A stretch of DNA of 64,000 nucleotides, from contig JABVCE010000004.1 of the NCBI GenBank assembly GCA_014905635.1, positions 62,001-126,000 of the forward strand, in the 5' to 3' direction. Shown in pieces: positions 37,768-49,990 of the stretch. Both the position numbers and the translations under genes were made by a program. This DNA comes from Scenedesmus sp. PABB004 (Eukaryota). The notes under the pieces were generated by a model, which searched no databases, was not told where the DNA came from, and worked only from the letters and a program-made list of their open reading frames with translations. Numbering within the stretch: position 1 is the first letter of the stretch; each line of letters begins with the position of its first letter.

Positions 37768-38418
37768 ATGGGCGCCGCGGGCAGCCGGCCCGCCGACGAG
37801 GGCGGCATCGTCACCGTCGTCCCGGCCGCAGCGGCGGCGGGCTCGGCGCCGTCAGACGGCGGCGGCGGCGCGGGCGGCGGCGAGGACGCGCTGCTGCTCG
37901 CGCACCTGCGCGACCTGCAGGCGCGCCTGCCGGCGCTGCAGCGCGGCGCCGCGGGCGGCGCCGGCCCCGACGCCGGGGAGGGCCTGCTCGGAGACATCGC
38001 GGCGCTGCGGGCGTCGGGCGACGACGCGGCGGCGCTCGGCGCCGCGGCCGGCGCCGCGCTCTCGGCGCACGCGCAGTGGCACGCCGGCGCGGTGGGCGCG
38101 CTGGCGGCCAACCAGGAGTACCTGGCGCGCACCGTGGACGCGGCGCAGGCCAAGGCGGACAGGGCGGTGCGCCACGTCGGCGCGCAGGCGGCGCGCCTGC
38201 GCGCGGTCGCGGGCGGCCTGCAGGACGCGGCGGCGCTGCCGGGCCTGCTCGCGGGGCTCACCGCCAGCGCGGCGGCGCTGCAGGCGCAGCTGGAAGCGCT
38301 GGAGGCGGCGGCGGCGGCGGCGCCGCGGGGCGCGCTGCAGCAGGCGGCGTCGAGTGCGGCGGCACGGCCGCCGGGCAGCGGCGGCGCCGGCAGCGGACCA
38401 GCGGGGGGCGCCGGGTGA
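37768..38418 (+). CDS. BORCS5 (myrlysin/LOH12CR1)-like coiled-coil protein; intronless
   Basis: N-terminal MGAAGS (myristoylation-type), GIVTV motif, then coiled coil with ALAANQEYLARTVD. This architecture resembles BORC subunit 5; the assignment is from recall, not a search. Confidence 0.5.
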   Translation: MGAAGSRPADEGGIVTVVPAAAAAGSAPSDGGGGAGGGEDALLLAHLRDLQARLPALQRGAAGGAGPDAGEGLLGDIAALRASGDDAAALGAAAGAALSAHAQWHAGAVGALAANQEYLARTVDAAQAKADRAVRHVGAQAARLRAVAGGLQDAAALPGLLAGLTASAAALQAQLEALEAAAAAAPRGALQQAASSAAARPPGSGGAGSGPAGGAG

Positions 38419-38560
38419 GGCAGCGCAGCGTGTGGCAAGAGCAGAGCCCCCCTCCCCACACCACCATGTGGCCGTGCCCCTCGCCGCGCTGGCCAGCCGT
38501 GGGCGGCAGCGCCGACGCCGGCGGCCGGCATTGCGTTCGGCGATGCCTCGCTGCGCGCGC

Positions 38561-38708
38561 CAACGTCAGACCCCAGGTGCGGGGGCGGCGGCACGGCCCT
38601 CGGCTGCGCTCGCTCGGCAGCTGCGCGCCGACAGGCCCCTGCCCCAGGCCTGTGCGCGCTCACTCGACGCGCCGCCGCGCCTGCAGGCGGGCGACGAGGC
38701 GTGGCGCC
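38561..38708 (+). pseudogene. Duplicated fragment of the neighbouring lipase gene: one whole intron plus short exon flanks
   Basis: 38571-38708 is near-identical to about 40116-40248. The intron copy 38577-38686 corresponds to 40122-40225. Confidence 0.8.
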
Positions 38709-39092
38709 TGGTGCGTGACGACGCGCACCACCAGCGCCAAAGGTCGGCCCCACGTGCGTGCCTGCCCATGATATCGACCCGTGCAAGAGGTGGCGGCACC
38801 GGCGGCTGAGAGCGGCTCGTGCAGCGGGGCGCCCACCAGGCCCAGCAAGCAAGCCGCTGGGTGAGGCTGTCAGGGACTCAGCTCAGCTGGGCTGGGCAGC
38901 ACCGGTAACCAACCGGTGACCGGCGGGCGCCACCGCTGGCGCGCCCCGGCCAGAACCCCACCGGGGTGCGGTCAGGCGGCGACCGCCTGTGTCTCAGCGT
39001 GCTCGGGCCGACAGTCTCTTCTCCCTCGGCGCCCCGCCATCGAAGCACCTGCGGCGCCACCGAAGAAGCCCTAGCAGCGCTCCGCCCACGCC

Positions 39093-40737
39093 ATGCGCAG
39101 CCGGGCGGCCGCCCTGGCGCTGTGGGTGCTGCTGCTTGCAGCGGTGGGTGGTCACAGCTATCCCGTGCGGCAGGGGTTGGCGCCCAGCGCGGCCCAGCGC
39201 GGCGGCGGCGGGGCAGCAGCGGCGGCGGCGCTGGCGGGTGACCTCGCGGCCCCGGCGCCGGCGGGCGACATCGCGCCCGCCTCGCCCGCCGTCCTGGCGC
39301 GCTCGCTTGTGGCGGCCCGCCTGGCGGAGCTGTCGTACCCGGCAAACGTGCTCCCGCCCGGCGAGAGCTCGACGAAGCCCAACACCGACGCCGCCGCCGA
39401 CGCGGCCTTCAAGCGCGCGCTCACCGCGGCGCTCGCGGCGGCGGGCCTGGAGGTGGAGGGCTGGGTCGACCGCTACTCGATCGGCTACAAGGGCGCGCGC
39501 TACCTCCACGCCTTTGTCGCCGTCGACGCGGCGGCGGCTCGTGGCGGTGGCGCGCGCGGCGTGTGGGTGGTGCTGCGCGGGACCGACATGTCCCCCGCGT
39601 CGCTCGCGGTCGACCTCACCACCAGGCACGTCGCCGCAGCCGGCCGGGCCGCCGGGGCCTGCGCGCCGCGCGCGGCCGCGCGGGGCCTCACAGACCGCCC
39701 GCCGCCGCGCCGCGCGGCCGTCCGCGCAGCCAAGTGCCGCTGGGCGACGGCGACGCCGAGGTGCACTCGGGCTTTTACCTGTCGCTCACGGAGAAGCCTG
39801 GCTGGATCTACGGCAGCCAGGCGGTCGACAGCTCCGCGCTCGAGGACGTCTCGCGCCTGGTCGACGCCGCGCTCTCCCGGCCCGGGGTGGGCGGGCCGGG
39901 CGCCCCCATCACCCTGGTCGGGCACAGCTTGGTGAGCGCGTAGCGCAGCGGGGCGCGGGGGCCTCGGCTCGCCGGCACCGCCGTTAACCCGGCCGGCCCC
40001 GCGGCGCCGACGCTCGCCGCCGCCGCACCTGCAGGGCGGCGCCCAGGCGAGCCTGGCTGCTCACCTGCTTGTGGCTGCGGGCCACACCAACGTCAGTGTC
40101 ATCACATTTGGCAGCCCCCAGGTGCGGGGGCGGCGGCGCGGCCCTCGGCTGCGTTCGCTCGGCAGCTGCGCGCTGGCAGGCCCCAGGCCTGTGCGCGCTC
40201 ACTCGACGCGCCGCCGCGCCTGCAGGCGGGCGACGAGGCGTGGCGCCGGGCGTTTGACGCGCAGCTGGGCGACCACCACTGGCGCTGGTGGAACATGCAG
40301 GTGCGCACATCTGCGTGCGCTGCCGCGGCACTGCCGCGGCGGCTGAGCTGCCGCCGCGGCGTCCTGCTCGTCGGCACACCCTGCCGCCGCTGCCCTCGCC
40401 ACCGCCGCGGCACCTCGCCGGCGCACGCCAGGATGCCGTGCCGCAGACGCCCAACGCCAAGATCGACCCCGGCAGCCTGCTGGTGCGGCAGGAGTGGTGG
40501 AGCACCGACACGGCGCTGCGCATCGCCACGGTCGGCGGCGAGCTGCGCTGCGGCACGCCCAGCGGCGCGCTGGCGGTGTGCGACGCCAGCCCCGGCGCGG
40601 CGCCGCCGCGCAGCACGCAGCGCTGCTTTGTGGACGTGAGCATCCCCGCCGCGCTGTCGTCGGCAGACCACCTCATCAGCGCCTACGTGGCCAACCTGGG
40701 CACCTGCCTCGGCGGCGCCGGGGCGGCAGCGTGGTGA
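39093..40737 (+). CDS. Secreted class-3 lipase; about 5 exons
   Basis: Signal peptide, VVLRGT, VHSGF, GHSL|GG nucleophile elbow, TFGSP, DAVP (catalytic Asp) and DHL..Y (catalytic His). The first recognised donor is AG|GCACGT. Confidence 0.88.
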
Positions 40738-41160
40738 CACCCTCGGCGGCCGCGAGCTCATGAGCTCACGAGTTAGGGCGGGCGGGGCTGCCCCCGTCGG
40801 CGGCTGGGTGCAGGTGGCGTGCGCGCCTGGCGGCCGCGGCCGAGCACGTAACAAGTCCCAGGGGAGACTGCCCCTCAATGGTTGGCGCAGTGCGCCCCCT
40901 CCCCTGCCGCTGGTGTGCTGCCCACGGCGCGTTCGTCTACGCCTCCCAGCAGGCCGCCCGAATTTGGGCCGGGGCTCAACCCGGCGGCGCACCGTGGCGC
41001 AGCAAAAGAGCGGGTGCGCAGAACCGCTGCGCACGCGACAGGCCGGACAGACCAAGCACTGCAGGGAGACACATAAGCGTTGGTCCAGACAAATCACCGC
41101 TGCAGAGAATAAAGTGCCGCATCGTCACCCCCACCGCCGCCTCCGCCGCCTCCGCGCCGG

Positions 41161-42350
41161 TCACACGGGCGCGAGCAGCGGCGCGACCTGCTCCGCCGCG
41201 CACCACGCCACCAGGCAGCCGCCCGCCAGCACCAGCGCGTGGCTCACCAGCGGCCGCGACGGCAGCGGCAGCAGCAGCGAGCGGTCCAGCAGCACCGCCA
41301 CGTGACGCCGCCGCCAAAAGGCCTGCTTGTGCCGCAGCTCCACCGCGTGCGTCACCATCAGCGGCAGCACAAGCGACACCAGGAGCGCAGAAAACACCAG
41401 CAGCTGCGCGTGCACCAGCTCGCGCCGGCAGGGGTCCGGCGACGCCGCCGCGGCGTACCGCCCCGACGCCGGCGCCGCGAGCTCAAACAGCACGTGCAGT
41501 GCAAACGCCATGGGCGTGCGCACGGCCGAGCACACCGCCGTCGCCAGCGCGGGCACGCCCGGCAGCGCGGCCATGGCTGGCGGCGCGCCCCACACCCAGC
41601 TCAGCGCGATGGCCACGTGCAGGGGCTGCAAGAAGACCACGAAGCGTGTGGGCAGCAGAAAGTTGGCGCTCGTGTTGAGATGCAGCAGCGGCGGGAACAG
41701 CACGTGCCCCGCGAGCAGCAGGCCAGGCCCCTGCCGCTCCGGCGCCACCCAACGCGCCATGGTGCGGCCCCGCCGCACGACGGCCGGCAGCGTGCAAGCA
41801 GCCAGGCGCAGCGCGCGGTTCGCAAACGTCACGCGCAGGCGGCGGCGCGCGTACGCGGCAGGGTGGTGCGCAATGAACCACGCCTGGATGAGCGCGATCA
41901 CAACGAGCACCAGCATGACCCACACCATGAAACGAGGGAAGCCCACGCCGCGCCCAGCGACGTTGCGCGCCAGCATGCCGCCAGCGTTGATGAAGACCAT
42001 CGCGCAGCCCCAGCTGTCAATGCGCGCCAGCAGCCTGGCGGCGGGCGGGGCGGCGGGTGGCGGCGCCGTCAACAAGGCACGCCCCCGCTGCTGCCTGGCG
42101 CCAGCAGCCTGGCGTCACTGCGGCCACCGCTGCTGCTGCTGCCGCGGCAGCGGTGCCGCTGCCGCCGCGCTGCCGCTGCCGCCGCTGCGCTCGCGACGCA
42201 CCTGCAGACTTCGGGGGAGCGCCAGTAGGTCTCCTCCGTGCTTGTGGCGCAGCCGGGGCCGCAGGGCCGCGCCTGCAGCAGCCACCCCAGGCGCACCGCC
42301 TGGCAGGGCGCCTGCGCAGACCCTCTTGGCGACTCCTCGACGCCCGACAT
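41161..42350 (-). CDS. Multi-pass membrane protein of unknown function, copy A (340 aa); exons 42350-42202 and 42034-41161
   Basis: MSGVEESPRG...EETYWRSPEVCR|LLARIDSWGCAMVF..., several hydrophobic helices and an AVELRHKQAFW motif. GT-AG intron with a TTGAC branch-like motif. Confidence 0.75.
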
Positions 42351-43044
42351 CCCAGCCGGCGACCGGCCGCGCCGCCAACGCGGCCGGCGCCCCAGCAGCT
42401 GCTGCTGCCCCGGTGGGTGGGCCGCTGCTGCTGCCGCGGTGCTGCTCCTGCCCCCGGTGGCGCCGCGGTTGGCTGCTGAGCGGTCAGCTGACGCGCTGTG
42501 TGCGGGAGAGAGAGACGCAACGCGCCTGAGGCCGGGTTGCAACGAAGCGACTCGGCACGGCGCACGCAAAACCGCCACGCAGCGCCGCCGCGCTGCCCGC
42601 GCTGCCGCCGTCCACCCTCACCGTTAGCCACGGCAGTCCCTCACTCGCCACACGCCAGACGGCGCTGCACGCACAGACAGAGCGCCGGGGGCACCGCCGC
42701 GCCGACTGCGCAGATGCCGGCGTGAGAAGTGCGTGGCGCTCACGGCACGGCAAGCAGTGCAGTTTTGATGCCTGCCTGCATCAGAAACACAGCAGTAACA
42801 AGCTCATCCAAGTGTTCTGCCATGTGGCAGCAAGCGCTTGACGCAGCCACCAGCCGCGCGTCCGTCCCGCTGCGGGGCGTCTGCCGCCGCGGGTTCGAAT
42901 GCCACAAACAAACAAATGCTCACTGGCGGGAATGGCGACGCCAGTGGCCACGCCAGTGGCGACGCCACTGCAACCGAAGAACAGTACGCCGCGCAAACCA
43001 AGAGAAAGCTTGATGCCATGTACATGTGCCGTGCACGCCGCCAG

Positions 43045-44237
43045 TCACACGGGCGCGAGCAGCGGCGCGACCTGCTCCGCCGCGCACCACGCCGCCAGGC
43101 AGCCGCCCGCCAGCACCAGCGCGTGGCTCACCAGCGGCCGCGACGGCAGCGGCAGCAGCAGCGAGCGGTCCAGCAGCACCGCCACGTGACGCCGCCGCCA
43201 AAAGGCCTGCTTGTGCCGCAGCTCCACCGCGTGCGTCACCATCAGCGGCAGCACAAGCGACACCAGGAGCGCAGAAAACACCAGCAGCTGCGCGTGCACC
43301 AGCTCGCGCCGGCAGGGGTCCGGCGACGCCGCCGCGGCGTACCGCCCCGACGCCGGCGCCGCGAGCTCAAACAGCACGTGCAGTGCAAACGCCATGGGCG
43401 TGCGCACGGCCGAGCACACCGCCGTCGCCAGCGCGGGCACGCCCGGCAGCGCGGCCATGGCTGGCGGCGCGCCCCACACCCAGCTCAGCGCGATGGCCAC
43501 GTGCAGGGGCTGCAGGAATATTGTGACTCGCGTGGGCAGCAGAAAGTTGGCAATTGTGTTGAGCTGCACCAGCGGCGGGAACAGCACGTGCCCCGCGAGC
43601 AGCAGGCCAGGCCCCTGCCGGTCCGGCGCCACCCAACGCGCCATGACACTGGTTCGCCGCACGACGGCTGGCAGCGCCGTGGCGGCCAGGCGCAGCATGC
43701 GGTTCGCAAACGTCACGAGCAGGCGGCGGCGCGCGTATGCGGCGGGGTAGCGTGTGATGGCCTGCGCCTGGATCACCGCAAGCACAACGAGCACCAGCAT
43801 GGGTCCCAGCATGAAGCCTGGGCCGCCCGCGCCGTTGCGCCCAGCGACGTTGCGCGCCAGCATGCCGCTGGCGTTGGTGAAGACCATTGCGCAGCCCCAG
43901 CTGTCAATGCGCGCCAGCAGCCTGGCGGCGGGCGGGGCGGCGGGTGGCGGCGCCGTCAACAAGGCACGCCCCCGCTGCTGCCTGGCGCCAGCAGCCTGGC
44001 GTCACTGCGGCCACCGCTGCTGCTGCTGCCGCGGCAGCGGTGCCGCTGCCGCCGCGCTGCCGCTGCCGCCGCTGCGCTCGCGACGCACCTGCAGACTTCG
44101 GGGGAGCGCCAGTAGGTCTCCTCCGTGCTTGTGGCGCAGCCGGGGCCGCAGGGCCGCGCCTGCAGCAGCCACCCCAGGCGCACCGCCTGGCAGGGCGCCT
44201 GCGCAGACCCTCTTGGCGACTCCTCGACGCCCGACAT
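43045..44237 (-). CDS. Multi-pass membrane protein of unknown function, copy B
   Basis: Paralog of 41161-42350 with the same exon structure. Confidence 0.75.
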
Positions 44238-44854
44238 CCCAGCCGGCGACCGGCCGCGCCGCCAACGCGGCCGGCGCCCCAGCAGCTGCTGCTGCCCCGG
44301 TGGGTGGGCCGCTGCTGCTGCCGCGGTGCTGCTCCTGCCCCCGGTGGCGCCGCGGTTGGCTGCTGAGCGGTCAGCTGACGCGCTGTGTGCGGGAGAGAGA
44401 GACGCAACGCGCCTGAGGCCGGGTTGCAACGAAGCGACTCGGCACGGCGCACGCAAAACCGCCACGCAGCGCCGCCGCGCTGCCCGCGCTGCCGCCGTCC
44501 ACCCTCACCGTTAGCCACGGCAGTCCCTCACTCGCCGTTAGCCACGGCAGTCCCTCACTCGCCACACGCCAGACGGCGCTGCGCGCACAGACAGAGCGCC
44601 GGCGGCACCGCCGCCGCCAGACCCACGCGCTTGCGCGTTGGTCAATGATGATGGTGTGCACTCGCCACCGGCTCGACCTCCTCTCAGCGCATTGATGACT
44701 GGGGACACACGCGCACGCCGCGCGCGCCGCGGGACGGCGGCACCTCTGCTGGCCGCCAGAAGACGGCCAGCCGCATGAGCGGCGTGGCGGTGCCTCGCGG
44801 CCGCGGGCGGGCAGGCCCCCCCTGCCCTCTCGTCCGTTGTCGCCGGCCGGCCGC

Positions 44855-47800
44855 TCACGCGCTGCTGCCGCCGGGCTGCGCCTTCTTGGCGGCCGCCCGG
44901 TCGAGCGCGGCCTTGAGTCCCTCTACGTAGCCCCCGCACAGGTGGTCCAACAGGCACGTCTCGCGCAGCACGATGCGCTTGAAGCGCTGCCCGGGGGCCG
45001 CCTCAATCAGCTCGTACGCCTTGGACCCGCCCTCGCCGCCCTCGCCGCCCGCCGCCGGCGCGCCCTCGGCCGCGTGCGCAGCGCGCGGCAGCGCCGCGTC
45101 GTCCTCGCACAGCGCGCACCTGCGCCGCCGCCGCCGCGGCGGGCGCGGGGGCGTGAGGCGCGCGCCGCGCGCGCCGCCCGCCGGCGGGCCCTCCCATACC
45201 CCTCCCTCGCAAGCCGCCTGGCCCGGCGCGCGAGCGCCCCCGCCGCACCGCGCCGCGCCGCGCCGCGCACCTGTGCTCCATGTTGCCGTACTTGGCGCGG
45301 CCCTTGTGGGCGTCGAGGCGCTTGATGAAGAAGAGCCGCCCCGGCGCAAACACGGCGTGTACGTCGTCCTGCGCGGCGCACGGGGCAAAGCGGGGCGAGG
45401 CAGCGGTGCACGGCAGGGTCAGCGGTGGCGTGGTGGAAGGGGGGCCGCGCGGCGCAGCGCGGCGCGGCGATGCCTCAACCCCGCGCCCCAGCCCGGGCGA
45501 GCCGCCGCGCCGGTCCGCGCCGCCGGTGCGCGCCTTTGCGACGTTGGCCATCTGCTGGCCCACGCTCTGCACCGCGTCCGCCACCACGCCCGCGTCGGTC
45601 ATCGCCGCGCGCGCCGTCGCGGCGGTCGCGCCCGCCGCGTCGCGGACCGACGCGGCGGGCTGCGCGCTGCCCGCCGCGCCCGGCGCGGCCGCGCCCCCCG
45701 CGGCGGCGGCGGGTTTTTCTTCGCCAGGCCCAAGTAGTGCAGGCCCGACACGACGCCCGACTGCACCGCGAGCGCGCCGCGCGCGATCGCGCCCTGCGTC
45801 TTGCGCAGCTGCGGCGGCGCGGCCGGCGGGGCGCGCGGCGTCAGCGCGCCTGCGCGCCGCGACCGCCGCGACCGCCGCGCGCCGCGCGCGCCGCCGCCCC
45901 CGCGCGCGCCGCCCTCTCCCAAGCGGCCTCTGCGCGTGCCTGCACGGCCGAGCCGGCGGCGAGGCGCTTGTAGGTCTCGCTGTTCTCGATGGCGTCTGGC
46001 ACGGCCCAGTCCTTGATCGTGGCGGCCAGGATGTCGCCCCAGCGCGTCGCGTCCATCTCCTCCTTCATGGCAAACACGTTGTGGATGGAGAAGCGGGGGA
46101 CCATGTCGTGCTGCGCAGCGGGCGGGCGGGCGGCGGCAGGGCGGCAGGGCGGCAGGGCGGCAGGGCGAGGGTTTTAGGGGGGGGGGCAGGCGGCGGCCGG
46201 GGCGGGCGGACGGAGGAGCCAGCGCGCGCGCGCACGGGGCGCCCGGGCGGCTGGCCGGGCGGCAGGTCACCATGAGCACGACGCTGGTCACGTAGTCGGA
46301 GCAGCCCTCGGCGAGCTCGCGCGTGAGCACCGCGGGCGTGGCCACGCCGACCGCGGTGACCTTGACGCCTGCCATCACCTTGGACGCGGCGGCGTCGTTC
46401 ACCAGCAGGTGCGCCAGCATGGCCGCCGTGCCTGGCGCGGCGGCGCGCGGCGCGTGGGCGCGCGCCCCTGGCGGCGCGCGCCGGCGCCGCGCCGCCTGCG
46501 CCGCCGCCCGCTGGCCTCCCCGGCGCCTGGCCGGCCGCGCTCACCCGCGCCGAGGCTGTGCCCGACGAGCAGAAGGTCGTAGCCGGGGTGCTTGTCCAGG
46601 AAGCCCCGCACCTGGGGCAGCTCGTTGTCGACAAACCACTGCGCCGCCTGGAGCATGCCCCAGTGCGCGTAGCCGCCGGCGTAGGGCGTGCAGCTCGCGC
46701 ACGCGTCGGTCAGCATGTCCTGCGGGCCCGGGGCGGGGCGGGGCAGAGCGGTGGGCCGGCGCGCTGGCGCCGCCGCTGCCGCCGCGTGCCACCTTCCCCG
46801 CCGTCCCTCGCGCTCGCCCGCCCGCCGGCGGCGGGCGCTGCACCCACGTTGAGGTCGGTGGTCCCGCGGAAGCCCCAGACCAGGGCCTTGCGCTTGGCGT
46901 CCACCCACAGCGCGTACGCGGGGCGCGTCGTGGTCGTCTCCGGCTCAAACAGCAGCACATCCTCCTCGCCCACGCCCAGCGCCTCGCACAGCTCCGACTT
47001 GACCGGGATGTATGCCTTGGTCGCCGCGTCGGTCGCCTGCGCGCGCACGCCGGGCGCGCGCGCTCAGCCACGCGCGGCAGCGTCGCCGGCGCCCGCCGCG
47101 CCACGGCCAACGCTCCTGCCCGCGCCGCCGGCCCGCTGCGTGCCCCCGCCCGCGGCGCCTGTGCGTGCCCCCGCCACCGCCACCGCACGCGCGCGCGTGC
47201 GCGCCTGCACGAGGTGCGTGATGAGCGCCTCGTCGTGCACGTGGGTGCCCTCCACGCCGTCCATCGCGTCGACGGTCGAGTGGTGCAGCGCGAGGTGGTA
47301 AACGCCAAACACCTAAACCGCCGCCGCCGCGCGGGCACAGCATCAGCAGGCGCGGGGCGGCGCGAGCAGGCGCGGGGCGGTGCCAGTGCGGTGCGGGGGG
47401 TCTGTGCGGGGTGGGCGCAGGGGCAGCGCGGGGCGCACCAGGTCGTGGATGTGGAACTTTTCGTACGCGTACTTGGCCACCTTGAGCAGCACGCTCGCGA
47501 CCTCGCCGATGCCCTCCGCCATGTCGGTCTTGAAGTTCACATACTTGTCTGCGCCCCGGGCGCGGCGCACGGGCGGCGGGGCGCTCGGCGGGGGCGCCGC
47601 GCGCGCGTCACCGGCGCGCCGACCGCCGCTGCTCCCGTGCCGGTGACGCCGCCGCGGCGGCCCATGCGGCGCCCGGCAGGCCGCGCGCGCGGGCGGCGAG
47701 AGCGCGCAAGTGCGGGCGCGGCGCTCACCGGAGACCGACTTGCAGCCGCGGTCCAGAGCGCGCTCCAGGGAGTCCGGCAGCACCGCGTCCACTGCGGACT

Positions 47801-47918
47801 CGAGCGCGTCCGGGATTAACGCCGCAAGATGCTTGTTGCGCCGGCCGAACTCGGTCGCTGCAGCAGGCTCGCTCTCCGGCGCCTGGTCGGCCGCGGTGGG
47901 CGCGGCGTCGGTCGCCAT
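44855..47918 (-). CDS. Class-3 lipase (DAG-lipase-like); about 10 exons; apparent 1-nt frameshift at ~45714-45718
   Basis: PAYALWVD...WGFRGT, AHWGMLQAA, LVGHSLGAG, HDMVPR, APGRLF and DHLCGGY motifs. Three GC donors. Confidence 0.88.
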
Positions 47919-48243
47919 TGCAGCGCCTCTCGCCGCGGGGGCTGCTCTCGCGCTCCGCGGGCACGGCGCCGCGCGCTGGCCGGCTGGGGCGGGCGTCTGG
48001 CGCGATCGCGCTGCCGCAGGCGCCAGGGCGGCCACGCAGCAGGTGTCGGCGGCAACTGCCGAGGTTCAGGAGTGGCGGCGGCGCGCCGCGCCCGGCGCCT
48101 GCTTGCTCAGCAGGGCTCCCCCGTGTCCCCTGCCACACTCTGCCGCTCACAGCCAGCACGTCGCGCCGCCGCCGCGACCGCGACCGCGACCGCGACCGCG
48201 ACCGCGCTGCCCGCAGCGACCGCACCGCCCGCCGCGGCGGCGC

Positions 48244-48294
48244 TCACTTCTTCTTTTTGCCGCTCTTCTTGCCCGACTGCTTGCTGCTGCTCGC

Positions 48295-48325
<31 letters not shown>

Positions 48326-49195
48326 GGCGCGTCCTTGCCCGGCTTTCGGTGCCGGTTGGGGTGCTTGGCGCAGAACTCGGCCAGCTTCAGCAGCAGCTCA
48401 CGGCCTGCGCGCGCGGCGCGGCGGCGGCGCCCGGCGGCGGTCGGCGGCTGCTGGCGCCGCTGCCGCCGGCCGGCTGCTGCCGCCGCCACTGCCGCCGGCC
48501 GGCTGCCGCCGCGGCTGCCGCCGCCGCCGCCGCCGCCGCCGCATGCGCCGCCGCGCTCACGGTTGGGCACGTCGGGGTTGACCGGCGTGCCGTCTGCGTT
48601 CTTCAGCTGCACCCGCAGCCGGCCGAAGCACACCTCCTTGCCCATCTCAACGCACCAGTTTCGCGGGTAGCGCTTGGCCTGCGCGCGCAGGCAGGCCACA
48701 CACAGTGGGCCGGCGGCGCGAGAAGCGGCGGGCGCGGCGGGCGCGGCGGGCGCGGCTCGGCGCGCGGCTCGGCGCGTGCGCGCGGCGTGCGGCGCGCTGG
48801 GCGCTGGGCGGCAGGGGCGCGCGCCGCGTGCCTCGATCTCCGCGGGCAGGTGCAGCGCCTTGGCGCAGACGTCCAACATCTCCGGCAGCGTCGGCGTGTC
48901 GCACGCTGCGGCGACCGCGCGGCCGCGGCGCGCGGGCGCCGGTGCGCGGGGTGGGCCGGCAGCGGCGGGCCCCTCAGCGGGGCGCGGCGGCGGCGGGCCG
49001 GCCGCGCACCCTTGTCGGCGGGGATGCGGCGGCCCTGCGCGACCGTGCGCGTGGCGTTGATGTAGTCTGGGTACACAATCACGCGCTGCGGGCGGTCGGG
49101 GGTGCGCGGATCAGCCGGAGCGCCGCGGGCAGCGCCTGGCACGCCGGCCGCGGCCCCTGGGCGCGCACCCGGTCGGTGCTCGGCTGCGCCGCCAT
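48244..49195 (-). CDS. SRP19: Signal recognition particle 19 kDa protein; 5 exons
   Basis: VIVYPDYINATRTVAQGRRIP...PTLPEM...KRYPRNW...GRLRVQLKNADG with a Lys-rich C-terminus. Confidence 0.93.
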
Positions 49196-49620
49196 CTGCT
49201 GCTGCTGATGCCGCCTGGCGAGCGTGCCGCAGCGCAGCGCCTGCAGGTGCTCACGGGAGGCGCGGAGGGGTCGCTGGAATGCCCGGCTGCTGTGGAGGGG
49301 GCGCGGGCGGGGCGCGAGGGGCCCTGCCCTGCGAGCAGCAGAGGTTGAAGGGCTCGAGACCGCTGTGCCCTGCGCCCAGGGCCCAAGCTGGAGCAGCGCG
49401 CGATCAGCGGCCCCTGGCCACAGCCTGCTCGCCGCCGCGCCGCCGCGCCGGCCTGCGCGCCGCCCGCCGCCAACTGCCGCAGCGCGCCCGCCGCAGCGCG
49501 ACCCCGGGCTGTCCGGGTGGAGGTGGCGGTGGCCGCCGCGCAGGCAAGTGGCTGGAGCCCTCACCTCAGATGATGCGGCGCGCGGCCAGCACGCCGCGGG
49601 GGCCGAGGGAGCAAAGTGCT

Positions 49621-49625
49621 TTACA
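49621..49625 (-). promoter_or_regulatory. Possible TGTAA poly(A) signal for the GH88 gene
   Basis: TTACA about 365 nt past the stop at 49990. Confidence 0.45.
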
Positions 49626-49923
49626 CGGGCGCGCACCACGCGCGCAAATATGTGTGCCGGCCGTCATGCCGACGACGCCGTCAATGCCTGCCGCTGCCGC
49701 CGAGCACATAAAATCAATGGACTGTTGGGTTTCGCTGCGCTACGCACCCTGCAGCCAGCGTCTCAGCCAGCCGCCGCGCCGTGCCAGGTTGAGTTCGATC
49801 CATCCTGCGTGCGCGCCTCGTCGCCGCGTGCCCGTGCGCCTGCCTGCCTGCCCCTCTCTCTCCGGCACGACGCGCCGCGCTGCGCCCGCCGGGCGCGCTC
49901 AGTCAGTCGGACAGGTGCGCCCG

Positions 49924-49956
<33 letters not shown>

Positions 49957-49990
49957 ACACGCGCGTGCTGATCGTGCTGATCGTGCTGAT
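49924..49990. repeat. (CCTG)n microsatellite plus 3x CGTGCTGAT abutting the GH88 stop codon
   Basis: Seen directly in the sequence. Confidence 0.85.

Larger units (their letters stand above)
41161..44620. repeat. Tandem segmental duplication of about 1.55 kb (41161-~42720 and 43045-~44620)
   Basis: Long identical stretches cover the CDS 3' half, intron, exon 1 and upstream DNA. Copy B has an extra 27-bp tandem duplication near 44510-44560. Confidence 0.92.
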
